Source: Mobula hypostoma (Eukaryota). Taken from it: a DNA stretch of 64,000 bases. Numbering within the stretch: the first letter of the stretch is position 1; every line of letters begins with the position of its first letter. The position numbers and the translations under genes were made by a program. The stretch spans positions 12,648,001 through 12,712,000 of the forward strand of contig NC_086108.1 of assembly GCF_963921235.1 (NCBI RefSeq), read 5' to 3'. Positions 25,815 through 37,494 of this stretch are shown one piece after another. The notes under the pieces were generated by a model. It saw nothing but the letters and a program-made list of their open reading frames with translations, made no database searches and had not been told where the DNA came from.

Positions 25815-26875
25815 TGTGTATAAATAAAATGCATATACACATGCGTGTATATGTAAGAAAGAGACACTCACACACACATACACATATTTAATAAATAAAT
25901 GATATACATAAATAAATTAAAAAAGAGAGTGATATTGATGAATGACTAGAAAACAGTGTGGTGCCTACTCATGAGACATTAATGAATAATGAAGGTAAAT
26001 CAGGAACTAGCTGCAATTTCCACTGCCAGTCAGATAATGTTGCAAATACTGAGCAGGTCAGGCAGCATTTGTGGAGAAAGGAGCAGGTGTAATTTTCCAG
26101 ATATTGTTGTTTCATCAAAATAAGCATTTGATACGAGGTTTTTAATCCTGAATGGTTCAATTATTTTCTCTCTCCACTGAGTATTTCTAACATTTTCTGT
26201 TTTTATTTCAGATTTTCCATTTTTGTAGCTATTTGATATTTGATCAGCATAATCTTCCTCTTTGATCTTCTGGGTTTTTGACATCTTGTGGCATTCATGG
26301 CTCAGGTCTGGACTATTTGTTTTGTATGGCTACATCCTATTGATATTTTTACGTGCTTGCTATCTTGTACATGCTGTGTGTGGTTGTTGCTACTGTGTTT
26401 TGCACAGCGCAGGTGGCCGAGCAGCGCCGTGGAATCGAGGAAGGAGCGCGGGCAGCACGGGCACGCGAAGGGCGGTGGCCAGCCGTCGATGGCGCCGTGC
26501 TTGCGCAGCCGGTGGCGTGCCAGCGCAGCCCGTGTCAGGCAGCCGCGGCCGCAGTCATCGCACCGGGACCCCACCGGGTAGGAGAGAGGTCCGGCAGAGA
26601 GAAAGACCCTTTCCTCCTCCTCCTCCCCCTCCCCCTTTCTCTCCGCACACAGGTCTGCTACACTCGGCTCATCTCCCCACCCCCCCCCGTCTCTGTAACC
26701 CCTACACTCCCCATCCTCCTGTTCAAATCCCTCTCTCGCCTCCATCTCTGTAATCCCACACTCCCTGTCCTCCTGTTCAAACCCTCCCTCACCCCCTCCC
26801 TATCTCTGTAACCCCTACACTTGCCCCTCCTGTTCAAACCCCTCCTTATCTCTGTGTAGGGAGCTCTGAGGAGAG

Positions 26876-27027
26876 GGAGTACCTTTGGTGCTGATAGCTG
26901 CGCCTCACTAAGGTGGGGATGGTAGGCATCACTGGACCTCACTCATCTCCTAATTCTCTCACTTGTTGGCTCCTCGTGCCATACCCTGGAAACCGCTTCA
27001 GCTAGCGGGCGAAAACAAGTGAGGGGG
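26876..27027 (+). ncRNA. HDV-like self-cleaving ribozyme fold at the RTE 5' end
   Basis: P2 TTCTCTCACTTGTT(26954-67)/AACAAGTGAGGGGG(27014-27); P3 GGC/GCC around L3 TCCTCGT; P1 3' ATACCCT; GG for P1.1; P4 CCGCT/AGCGG; J4/2 CGAA (C27010); best P1 5' GGAGTAC (26876-82) with two mismatches. Confidence 0.8.
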
Positions 27028-27800
27028 TGGTGTCATTACTACACCACGAGGTGATCATCCCAACGGCGGAGCAGGCGGAAGAGGAGACATCTCCCAACGG
27101 CTGCAAAGGCGGATGAGGATGTCCAACAATGGGTAGGGAGGCTTGCGAGCACGCCGCAAGAACCGCCGTAGACCCACAACACTCAGGGCTTGTCTACCTA
27201 GCGTGTGAAGCCTGGATTCGGCGGACTGCGCGGAAGAAACCATCACTGGTTCAACGGGCAGAAAGGCGATTCTCAGCAATGCGTCATGGAGTGCTAAGAG
27301 GGCACAGTGAGACACACAGAACACTGCTGGCCATCCACTGCATCCTGACCTATCTCCAGCCGTCTCGACTATGTCTTGCCACTGGGTCCAGATAGGCCGG
27401 GACGAGACGGTGAGGCTGACGACCTGCGCAACTCTCCCTCACTTTAATCCAAGTCAAGCGCAAGTCATGACTTCAAACCCAAAGCGCAACCTAAAGTCCT
27501 GTGGCGATGGGGGAGTGGCGAAGCAGCAGGTACGGATACACTGGAAGCTGTAGTCACAAACCTGCACAGAGGCGGCCCAGGGCATAGGGTCGCTCTCTAC
27601 TGGACCGAAGCAGCAGTTGAGTTCGGCAGCCCCCTGGGTGTCTGAGCAGCCCTCTTCAGGGTCGCTCTGCTCACCTCCATGGAGGAAGGGGCTGGAAAAG
27701 GTGCCTCAAACATAGTCTGCTTCACTTCACCCTGGCCAGCTTACCGCGGCTGGTGGGGATCCCTCATAGCGGTCGACCTACAACAGTGAAGAAGAAAGTG

Positions 27801-30800
27801 ATGGTGCTCAACCTTGGCACATGGAACGTGAGAACTCCGCGAGATAACATCAAGGCAGACAGACCAGAGAGAAGAACAGCACTGGTTGTAAAAGAGCTAG
27901 CTCGCTACAACGTGGACATAGCAGCTCTCAGTGAAACGCGCCTAGCAGACAAGGGCCAGCTGACAGAACGTAGTGGTGGATTCACGTTCTTCTGGAGTGG
28001 TCGCAGCAGCGCTGAACAACGAGAAGCAGGCGTGGGATTTGCCATCAATTCTAACCTCGCCCGTAAACTCACCAAGCACCCAGAGAGCATCAACGACCGC
28101 CTGATGACACTTCAGCTCCCACTTGCAAACAAGAAGAGCGCTACGCTGACTAGTGGCGACGCTCCCACCATGACCAACCCAGATGACATTAAAGACAAGT
28201 TCTATGAAGAACTCGACGCCCTCATCTCAGCAATCCCACAGTCAGAGAAGCTCATCATTCTCGGGGACTTCAATGCCAGAGTAGGGACAGACTACCAAAC
28301 CTGGGAAGGGATCATTGGAAGACACGGCACTGGCAAGTGTAACAACAACGGCCTTCTGCTCCTCAAGACATGTGCCACACACGACCTTGTCATCACCAAC
28401 ACCCTGTTCCGCCTACCCACCCGTAAGAAGACATCATGGATGCACCCACGCTCGAAGCACTGGCATCTGATTGACTACATCATCACCAGGAAGAGGGACA
28501 GGATGGATGTCAGAGTGACGAGAGCCATGTGTGGTGCCGACTGCTGGACCGACCACCGCCTCATTGTGTCCAAGTTCAGGCTTCGCATTCTGCCCATGAG
28601 AAGACCCCAAGGGCAGAAGACTGCAAAGAGGCTGAATGTCTCCAAGTTGAAAAGCAGCAGGGTTGCAGAAGAATTCGTCGATGACCTTGAAGGCAGACTG
28701 CCAGACACACCACAGGAAGACGGGACCAGCGTTGAGGAACAGTGGACAGCCTTCAGAGACGCTGTCTACACTACCGCCCTTGAACATCTCGGACCAGCAG
28801 CCCAAAGAAACCAAGACTGATTCGATGAGAATGATGAAGAAATACAGGCACTACTAACGGAGAAACATCAACATTACAGAGCGCATCAGAATGACCCCAC
28901 GTCGCTAGCCGAGAAAGATGCCTTTACCAACGCAAGAAGAAAGGTGCAGAAAAAACTTCGCGAGATGCAGGACAGCTGGTTCAGCAAGAAGGCCGATGAA
29001 ATCCAGGGTTATGCAGACAGCCACGACATAAAGCGCTTCTACGATGCGCTTAAGGCTGTATACAGACCCCAGTCCTCTGGCTCTTCACCCCTCCTCAACG
29101 CAGATGAGATGCAGCTGCTGACAGAGAAGAAGCAGATTCTGGATCGGTGGGCTGAGCACTTTAACATCGTCCTTAACCGCCCTGCTGACGTCAACAACGA
29201 GGCCATTGCCCGCCTGCCCCAGGTAGAGATCAACAAGAACCTCAACACCCTCCCCACAGTAGATGAAGTCAGGAAGGCAGTGAAGCAACTCTCCTGTGGC
29301 AAAGCGCCAGGACCCGATGCAATCCCTGCTGAGGTATACAAAGCAGGAGGCCCTGTCATGATGCAAAAGCTGACTGTACTCTTCCAGTCCATGTGGAAAA
29401 AGGGACAGGTCCCGCAACAGCTGAAAGATGCCAGCATAGTCCACATCTACAAGAGGAAAGGCAACCGCCAGTCTCGGGACAACCACCGAGGCATCTCCCT
29501 CTTGTCCATTGCGGGGAAGATTCTGGCCCGTGTCCTGCTCAACCGCCTTCTCCAACATCTTGAGCAAGGTCTGCTCCCAGAAAGCCAGTGCGGCTTCCGT
29601 GCTGAACGTGAGACTGCGGACATGATTTTTGCTGCGCGCCAACTCCAGGAAAAATGCCAGGAGTAACACAGTGACCTCTTCGTGACCTTTGTCGATCTAA
29701 CCAAGGCTTTCGATACGGTCAGCAGAGAAGGCTTGTGGAAGATCATGGAGAAGTTTGGCTGCCCCAGCAAGTTCATCACAATCGTCCGGCAGTTCCACGA
29801 CGGTATGATGGTAAAAGTTCTGGATGATGGCGACGAGTCGGAGACCTTCCCAGTGACAAATGGTGTCAAACAAGGCTGCGTTCTTGCCCCGACTCTGTTC
29901 AGTATGGTATTCTCTGCCATGCTGACAGATGCCTTCCGTAACTACGAAGAAGGAATTCACGTCAGGTAGAGGACTGACGGCAGGTTGTTCAACCTTAGGC
30001 GCCTGCAGGCAGTTACAAAGGTGCCAGAAATTGTCATCAGAGATTTCTTGTTTGCTGATGACTGTGCACTCAACGCCAGCACAGAGGAGATGCAGCGTGA
30101 AATAGACTGCTTCTCACAAGCCTGCGACAACTTCGGTCTCACTATCAGCACCAAAAAGACCGAAGTTATGTACCAGCCTGCCCCAGGAAAGCCATACCAG
30201 GAGCCGCGCATCACAGTGAAGGGCCAGAACCCCCAGGCAGTCGACAACTTCACCTACCTGGGCAGCATACTCTCTCGCACAGTGAACATAGACGCTGAGG
30301 TCAACAACAGGATTGCCAAAGCCAGCGCCGCCTTTGGGAGACTCCGTGAGAACGTCTGGGAGCAGAGAGGACTCAGCCTTATCACCAGGCTGAAGGTCTA
30401 CTGTGCAGTGGTCCTTACCACCCTCCTTTATGCCAGCAAGACCTGGACTGTCTACAGCAGACACGCCAAACAGCTCAACCACTTTCACCTGAGCTGTCTC
30501 CGCAGACTCCTCCACATCAGGTGGCAGGACAAAGTCCCCGACACGGAAATCCTGGAACGAGCTGGGCTCTGCAGCGTCTACACCCTCCTGCTGAAAGCCC
30601 AAGCCAGGTGGGCTGGACATGTGGTCAGAATGCCAGACAGCCGATTGCCTAAGCAGCTGCTGTATGGAGAACTGTGTCAGGGCAAGCGCTCAGTTGGGGG
30701 GCAGAAGAAACGTTACAAAGTCTGCCTTAAAGCGTCCCTCAAAGGCCTGGGTGTCAACATCAACACGTGGGAGACGCTTGCCCTCGATCGTCCAGCTTGG

Positions 30801-31007
30801 CGCAGCAAGATCACCACAGGAGCCCGTGCAGCTGAAGTCAGGCGCATCATTGAGGCGCAACGAAAGCGTGCTGTGCGCAAGGCCCGAGCAGCATCCACTG
30901 CCACGACAGCACCCACCCACTTGTGTCCCACATGTGGGCGAGCCTTCAGGGCCCGGATTGGCCTCATCAGTCACCTCCAGACCCACAACCACCAATCTCC
31001 CATTTGA
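27801..31007 (+). pseudogene. RTE ORF (AP endonuclease + reverse transcriptase + C-terminal C2H2 zinc finger)
   Basis: LGTWNVRT..IAALSETR..GDFNAR..WTDHRLI; PGPD; VDLTKAFD; KQGCVLAPTLF; FADD; CPTCGRAF..H..TH. One frame throughout with three nonsense codons (28818, 29664, 29967). Confidence 0.95.
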
Positions 31008-31599
31008 CTTTGAAGCCATGGTAATCTTCGACTACGAAGGACGAACAACAACAACAACAACAACAACAACTGTGTTTTGCACCTTGACCCTGTAGTAATG
31101 CAATCTCATTTAGCTGTATTCATGGGTATTCATGTATAGTTGAATGTCAGCAAGCTGAAGGGCAGCGGGAATTTGGGGAACAACGAAGAGAATGAGTAGG
31201 GAGTATACAGTTCCTGCATGGGAGCCATTCGCAGGTCGAGGCAGTCTACTACTAAGGAATCTGTCTGAGCCCAATGCCTGCCCCTCTGCAGCACAGGATG
31301 GTTGCTTTCAGATGTCTATGAAGAGGGACCATTGGTGATTGACCCACTGGCTGCCTAGAGATCTTCTGAGTCCAGACAGAACAAGAGAGACAGGATTGAA
31401 AAGCACTCTTAAACAAGGGGTGCACTCTAAAATTGCTGTGACAATGTCAATGAGTAAATCAAGTCACCGTTTTAAAAGAAAAAAGCCAAGCCTTGATGTA
31501 AGGGGGACAGTATGGTCATCCTGATAATACACTTAATTTGGAAAATTTGTGTTAAAAACTCAGGAAGCATTTACTTTTAAGTTTTCCTCAAAGAATGAT

Positions 31600-32132
31600 A
31601 AGACCACAAGATTATAAGATATAGGAGCAGAATTATGCCATTTGGCCAATTGAGTCTGCTCCGCCATTTAGTCATGGGTGATCCATTTCCCTCTCAACCC
31701 CAGTCTTCTGCCTTCTCCCTGTATCCTTTCATGCCCTGACTAATTAAGAATCTATCAACCTCTGCCTTAAATATGACTTGGCCTCCATAGCCATCTGCGG
31801 CAACAAATTCCACAGATTCATCACTCTCCAGCTAAAGAAATTCCTTCTTACCTCTGTTCTAAATGGACATCCCTCTATTCTGAGGCTGAGTCCTCTGGCC
31901 TTAGAATCTTCCACCATAGGAAAGACCCTCTCCATATCCACTCTATCAGGACCTTTCACCTAACTGATAGGTTTCAATTAGGTTTCTCCTCATTCTTCTG
32001 AATTCCAGTGAATACAGGCCCAGAGCCATCAAACGCTTCTCATATGACAAATGGCTCCATCCTGGAATCATTTTCATGAACTTCCTTTGAACCTTCTCCG
32101 TGTCAGCACATCCTTTCGAAGATAAGGGGCAC
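31600..32132 (-). mobile_element. CR1 3' fragment
   Basis: FPMVEDSKARGLSLRIEGCPFRTEVRRNFF. Confidence 0.85.
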
Positions 32133-32614
32133 TGATACTGGTGTGTTAATTTTATCTATATACATATCATTAACTGTGATGAGAATGCTTATCTCCATAT
32201 TGTATATTTTTTGACTTTTTTTAATGAAAGGGGTATTAAATTAAGACAGGACCTAAGTAGAATTTCAATTCAGCAAGACCAACAGTTGTTTATTGGGAGC
32301 AGGAAGCCCTCTGTGTGTTGAGAGCGCCACCTTGTGTTACTATTGTAACATACAGCCCCAGGATTCCAACACTACACGGCAGATCAGATTACAGATATTC
32401 CATCAGGCGAGAGGCCATTCAACCCATTAACCTCTCCCCTCTGCTTTTCTCATATGCCTCTTCAAATAATTGATCTGTTCTGGAAAGTAACGAGAGGAAG
32501 CAAGCCAGACTCAGACAGAGGGCGAATGCGGAATCTGCTCTGGCCACAGCTCACTTTGAGTGTCAGCATGACCAATGCAGGTCCAATCACAGAAGGAAAG
32601 GATCTTAAAGAAAG

Positions 32615-33975
32615 ATTTTGGCACATTGGCCTTTAGAAATCAAACATTTGAGTACAGAAGATAGGATGTTATAGTTGAAGTTGTTTAAGATGCTGGTGAG
32701 GTCTAGTTTAGAGTATTATCTGCAGTTTTAGTTACCTACATACAGGAAAGATGTAAATAAGGTAGAATGAGTACAGAGAAAATTTACAAGGATGTTGCCA
32801 GGTCTGGACAACCTGAGTTATATGGAAAGGTTCAATAGCTTAGGATTCTTTTCCTTGGAACATAGAAGATTGTGAGGAGATTTGATAGCATAATACAAAA
32901 TTATGAGGGGTAAATGCAAGCAGACTTGTTCCATTGAGGTTGGGTGGGACTACAACCAGAGGTCATTGGTTAAGGGTGAAAGGTGAAAAGTTTAAGGGAA
33001 ACTTTTCAGTGAGCCTTACTTCATTGGTTGGTAAGTTGATGGAGAAGATCCTGAGAGGCAGGATTTATGAACATTTGGAGAGGAATAGTCAGCATGGCTT
33101 TGTGAAAGGCAGGTCGTGCCTTACAAGCCTGATTTAATTTTTTGAGGATGTGACTAAACACATTGATGAAGGTAGAGCGGTAGATGTAGTGTATATGGAT
33201 TTTAGCAAGGCATCTGATGAGCTATATAGGACCCTGGTCAGACCCCACTTGGAGTACTGTGCTCAATTCTGGTCGCCTCACTACAGGAAGGACGTGGAAA
33301 CCATAGAAAGGGTGCAGAGGAAATTTACAAGGATGTTGCCTGGATTGGGAAGCATGCCTTATGAGAATAAGTTGAGTGAACTTGGCCTTTTCTCCTTGGA
33401 GCGACAGAGGATGAGAGGTGACCTGATAGAGGTATACAAGATAATGAGAGGCATTGATCATGTGGATAGTCAGAGGCTTTTTCCCAGGGCTGAAATGGCT
33501 AGCACAAGAGGGCATAGTTTTAAGGTGCTTGGAAGCAGGTACAGAGGAGATGCCAGGGTTAAGTTTTTTTACGCAGAGTGGTGAGTGCGTGGAATGGGCT
33601 GCTGGCGGCGGCGGCAGACGCGAAAATGATAGGGTCTTTTAAGAGACTCCTGGATGGATACATGGAGCTTGGAAAATAGAGGGCTATGGGTAAGCCTAGG
33701 TAGTTCTAAGATAAGGGCCTGTATTGTGCGGTAGATTTTCTATGTTTCTATGAAATATGAGGGGAAATTTCTTCACATAAAGTGTTGCAAGAGTGTGGAA
33801 CGAACTCTGCGAGCTTGATTTCAATGCTTAAGGGTCTGGATAGGTACATGGATGGTAGGGGTTATGAAGGGCTATGGTCCTGGTGTAGGTTGATGGGAGA
33901 AGGCTGTTTAAATAGTTTGACATTGGACTAGATGTGCCAAAGGGCCCGTTTCTGTACTGTACTTTTCTACGACTG
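32615..33975 (+). mobile_element. CR1 fragment interrupted by a second, internally deleted CR1 (~33003-33752)
   Basis: Outer element reads ..KFKGN|insert|MRGNFFT; inner element reads SLTSLVGK..SQHGFVKGRSCLT..MDFSKA then YRTLVRPHLEYC; (TTTCTATG)n tail. Confidence 0.85.
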
Positions 33976-34115
33976 CACAGTCAGCTCTAGGGCAACACGA
34001 AGATGAAGGAATGGTGGGCAGGCAGGACTTCTTTCTCAAGTTTACGTTAACCTTTCCATTAACTGGCTGTGGACTGTAATACAGTGGATCTTTTCCTCGG
34101 TCCCAAATCACTTAC

Positions 34116-34209
34116 ACGCTGGCATCGCAGAAACCTCCGCCGTGACTGTGCAGTCAATTCCCAGGTTGGACAAGGCACCTCTCAACAGCCCACAGGTGAA
34201 TGCCAAGAA
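34116..34209 (-). CDS. TRAPPC6A: TRAPPC6-family exon 5 (94 nt)
   Basis: ttacag|FLAFTCGLLRGALSNLGIDCTVTAEVSAMPA(C)|gtaagt. Confidence 0.97.
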
Positions 34210-34734
34210 CTGTAAAGTAAAAGCCAACATGCTGAATACATTCTGACAGTGCAAGTCAATAGAACAGTACAATAATTAATAAGGTGCACTCTCTGTGGTT
34301 CTGTACATATCTCTGCAAGAGATGAGGGAAATGAACACACTCACTTCTTGCCCTTTAGGTGCAGGCAAAGTAAGGTACAGAAGCAGAATTAGGCCATTGT
34401 GTCTGATTAGCCATTTCAACATGGCTGATTCATTTCCCTCTCAGCCCCAATCTCCTGCCTTCTCCCCATATCCCTTCATGCCCTGACTAATCAATGTACC
34501 TTTCCCTCTAAGTTATATCTCTGCTACCTTTCTTTATTAATGGTTTCCATATTTGCTGTCTTCAGCCATCTGTTACCTCACCTTAGTCAACAAAGATTGG
34601 GGTCAAGAGGGTCAGTCATAGTAGCAGTTAGCACGATGCTATTACAGCTCGGGGAATTAGAGTTCGGATGGGCCTGCAAGGTAAATGCAGCCTCCCATCG
34701 AGCCATGGGACGGTGCAACAGTCACACAATGGAG

Positions 34735-35400
34735 CATCCTTCTCAGCACCACCCACCTAACATCCAGTTCCCTCAGTATTGCACACTAACATCCAGTGCT
34801 TCCTCAATACAGCTCCTTGAGCAACAAGTGCTCCCTCAGTACAGCCCCTTTAACATACAGTGCTTCCTCAATGCAGCCCCTCTAACATCCAGTTCCCTCA
34901 GTACAGCCTGCAAACATCCAGCGTTCCCTCAGTACAGCCTGCACACATCCAGTGCTTCCTCAATACAGCTCGAGCATCAAGTGTTCCCTCAGTACAGCCC
35001 CTTTAACATCCAGTGCTCTCTCAGTACTGCCCCTCTTATCATCCAGTGCTGCCTCAGTACAGTTCCTCGAGCATCCAGTACTCCCACAATAAAGCCCCGA
35101 CATCCAGTGTTCCCTAATTATAGCCATTCTGGTGTCTAGTGCCTCCCCAGTGGCTACTCCAACATCCAGTGCTCCTTCAGCACAGCTCCCTGATAGTGTT
35201 CCCACAGTACAACTCTGACATCCTGTATCCCTCAGTACTGTCCCTCTGATATTCAGTAACCCCTCAGTACTGCCCCTCTGACACTGCACTGCCCCTGTAA
35301 AATCTAGTTCTTCCTCAGCACGGCCCCTTGTTTCTGTTCCTCACCATCCAGCGCATCCTCAGCACAGCACTTCAAACATCCAGTACTCTCGTTGTACTGC
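34735..35400. repeat. Degenerate reverse-orientation array related to the 20135-22555 minisatellite
   Basis: CATCCAGTGCTCCCTCAGTAC.GCCCC units. Confidence 0.75.
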
Positions 35401-35472
35401 CTTTCCTTCAGTATACTTTTTGTTCTCCTTCAACACCACAGCCGTGCCATATTTCAACCCCCAGTCAGCATT

Positions 35473-35705
35473 GCCCTGACAGTCAGAACTCCCACAGTCC
35501 ATGGTGCAGACCTCGGTCAGCACTGCCCTGACAGTCAGAACTCCCACAGTCCATGGTGCAGACCTCGGTCAGCACTGCCCTGACAGTCAGAACTCCCACA
35601 GTCCATGGTGCAGATCTCGGTCAGCACTGCCCTGACAGTCAGAACTCCCACAGTTCATGGTGCAGACGTCGGTCAGCATTGTCCTGACAGTCGGGCTCCC
35701 ACAGT
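35473..35705. repeat. 52-bp tandem repeat, ~4.5 copies
   Basis: GCCCTGACAGTCAGAACTCCCACAG... at 35473, 35525, 35577, 35629, 35681. Confidence 0.95.
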
Positions 35706-36901
35706 TCGGTAATAAAGTACAAGCCCAGCCTGAGCAGTAGTTTTTCAGAGTTGCTGAGATTTTAAACTCAAGCAATCTTCCTCTCAGCACCAGTTTGCAT
35801 CTACACACTGATGTGAAAATTTGACAACAGTAGGGAATACAGTGGCTCAGTTGTAGGCAGAGGCCCAAGGCAGCTGGAAGTCGGCAATGAATTAGGACAA
35901 AGGATCACAGGAGTATGATAGCTGATAAAAACCGAGCGGGGCAACTGCACAATAGGGGAAGTAGCATGATCAGACACTGTGCTGGAGACAATTACTCGGG
36001 CATAAAGGATGAGGTGTTGGGTCAAGGGACTCAGCCAACGTTTTAAGAGTGGGGTTGGTACCTTCAGTGGCTACCTGGCTGCTTCCTGGCCTCACCCATT
36101 CTCTGCTCGTGGAAACTGCTTCTGCCCACAGTGTTTTCCAGCAGGGTTTGAACAAACACTGACGACAGAGTGCAAACAGAAAAAACTCTTCTTGATCACA
36201 TAGCCTACTGCTTCACTCTATGTCTCCGCCGACCCAAAGGCCTCCAAAGCTTGGAGCAGGTCTTCATTAGAGGTGGGCCTGCATGTAACCAGCTAGGAGG
36301 CCATTCAGCCCATTGAGACCAGTTGGCTCCCAGTAAAACAATCCTATCAGTCCCATCCCAGTCAACCTATTTCCTCCCACGTCCCTCAACTCCCATTTGG
36401 TTAGAGATCAAAATGAGTACACTACCAATGAATTATTGGCTGACCTGGTTTTTCCTGCAACAGTTATTTTATATAAGGTGTAAAAGATTATGAGAAACAT
36501 AGAGTAGACAGGGAATATCTTTCTCCCCAGGCTAGAAATATCTAAGATAAAAGGGTGTGCATTGAAGGTGAGAGAGGGTAGGTTCGAAGGAGATGTGAGG
36601 AATAAGTATTTTATTCAGAGAGCCGTGGATGGCTGGAATGCGCTGCCTGGTATGGTGGTAGAAGTAAATACATTAGAAGCTTTTAAGAGATGTTTAGATA
36701 AGCATATGAATATGAGGAAGATGAAGGGATATGGACATTGTGTAGGTAGGAGAGAATAGCGTTTGGGTGCTTTGATTTGATTTTTAGCTGGTTCAGCACA
36801 ACATTATGGGCCGAAGGGGCAGTTCCTGTGCTGAACTGTTCTATGTTCCATGTTTTACTGTAGCAACAGGAATGACATATCCAGAATGAAGGAACAGTTA
36901 C

Positions 36902-36985
36902 CTTTGGTGCTTCCTCCAGGTATTGCTTCCCATTGGAGATCGGTGTGAGGAGACGGAATCGGTTGTCCTGAAGCACGTAGGTTCC
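36902..36985 (-). CDS. TRAPPC6A: TRAPPC6-family exon 4 (84 nt)
   Basis: tgtcag|GTYVLQDNRFRLLTPISNGKQYLEEAPK|gtaact. Confidence 0.97.
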
Positions 36986-37079
36986 CTGACAGAAATGTGA
37001 GGTAATAGTTAACAGTCCAAATAACGACTCACTCCATAAATGGCCTCCCATTCCAACTTTTTTCTGAAATATTCACTTA

Positions 37080-37480
37080 TAGTCATAGTCATACTTTATT
37101 GATCCCGGGGGAAATTGGTTTTCGTTACAGTTGCGTCATAAATAATTAAATAGTAATAAACCATAAATAATTAAATAGTAATATGTAAATTATGCCTGGA
37201 AATAAGTCCAGAACCAGCCTATTGGCTCAGGGTGTCTGAGCCTCCAAGGAAGGAGTTGTAAAGTTTGATGGCCACAGGCAGGAATGACTTCCTATGACGC
37301 TCTGTATTGCATCTCGGTGGAATGAGTCTCTGGCTGAATGTACTCCTGTGCCCAACCAGTACATTATGTAGTGGATGGGAGACATTGTCCAAGATGGCAT
37401 GCAACTTGGACAGCATCCTCTTTTCAGACACCACCGTGAGAGAGTCCAGTTCCATCCCCACAACATCACTGGCCTTACTT
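37080..37480 (-). mobile_element. Rex1/L2-like LINE 3' fragment
   Basis: KLHAILDNVSHPLH..SQRLIPPRCNTERHRKSFLPVAIKLYN; (ATGACT)n-like tail. Confidence 0.75.
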
Positions 37481-37494
37481 CACAGAGACTTCCC

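Larger units (their letters stand above)
26406..31070 (+). mobile_element. Full-length RTE-clade LINE insertion including an extra 5' segment, bounded by a 14-bp TSD
   Basis: TSD ACTGTGTTTTGCAC at 26392-26405 and 31069-31082; (AAC)9 tail at 31044-31070; single APE-RT ORF. Confidence 0.93.

Noticed and set aside
26262..26811. Overlapping 100-160 aa ORFs on both strands
   Set aside because: They cross the TSD boundary and reflect GC-rich, low-complexity composition; no recognisable domain.
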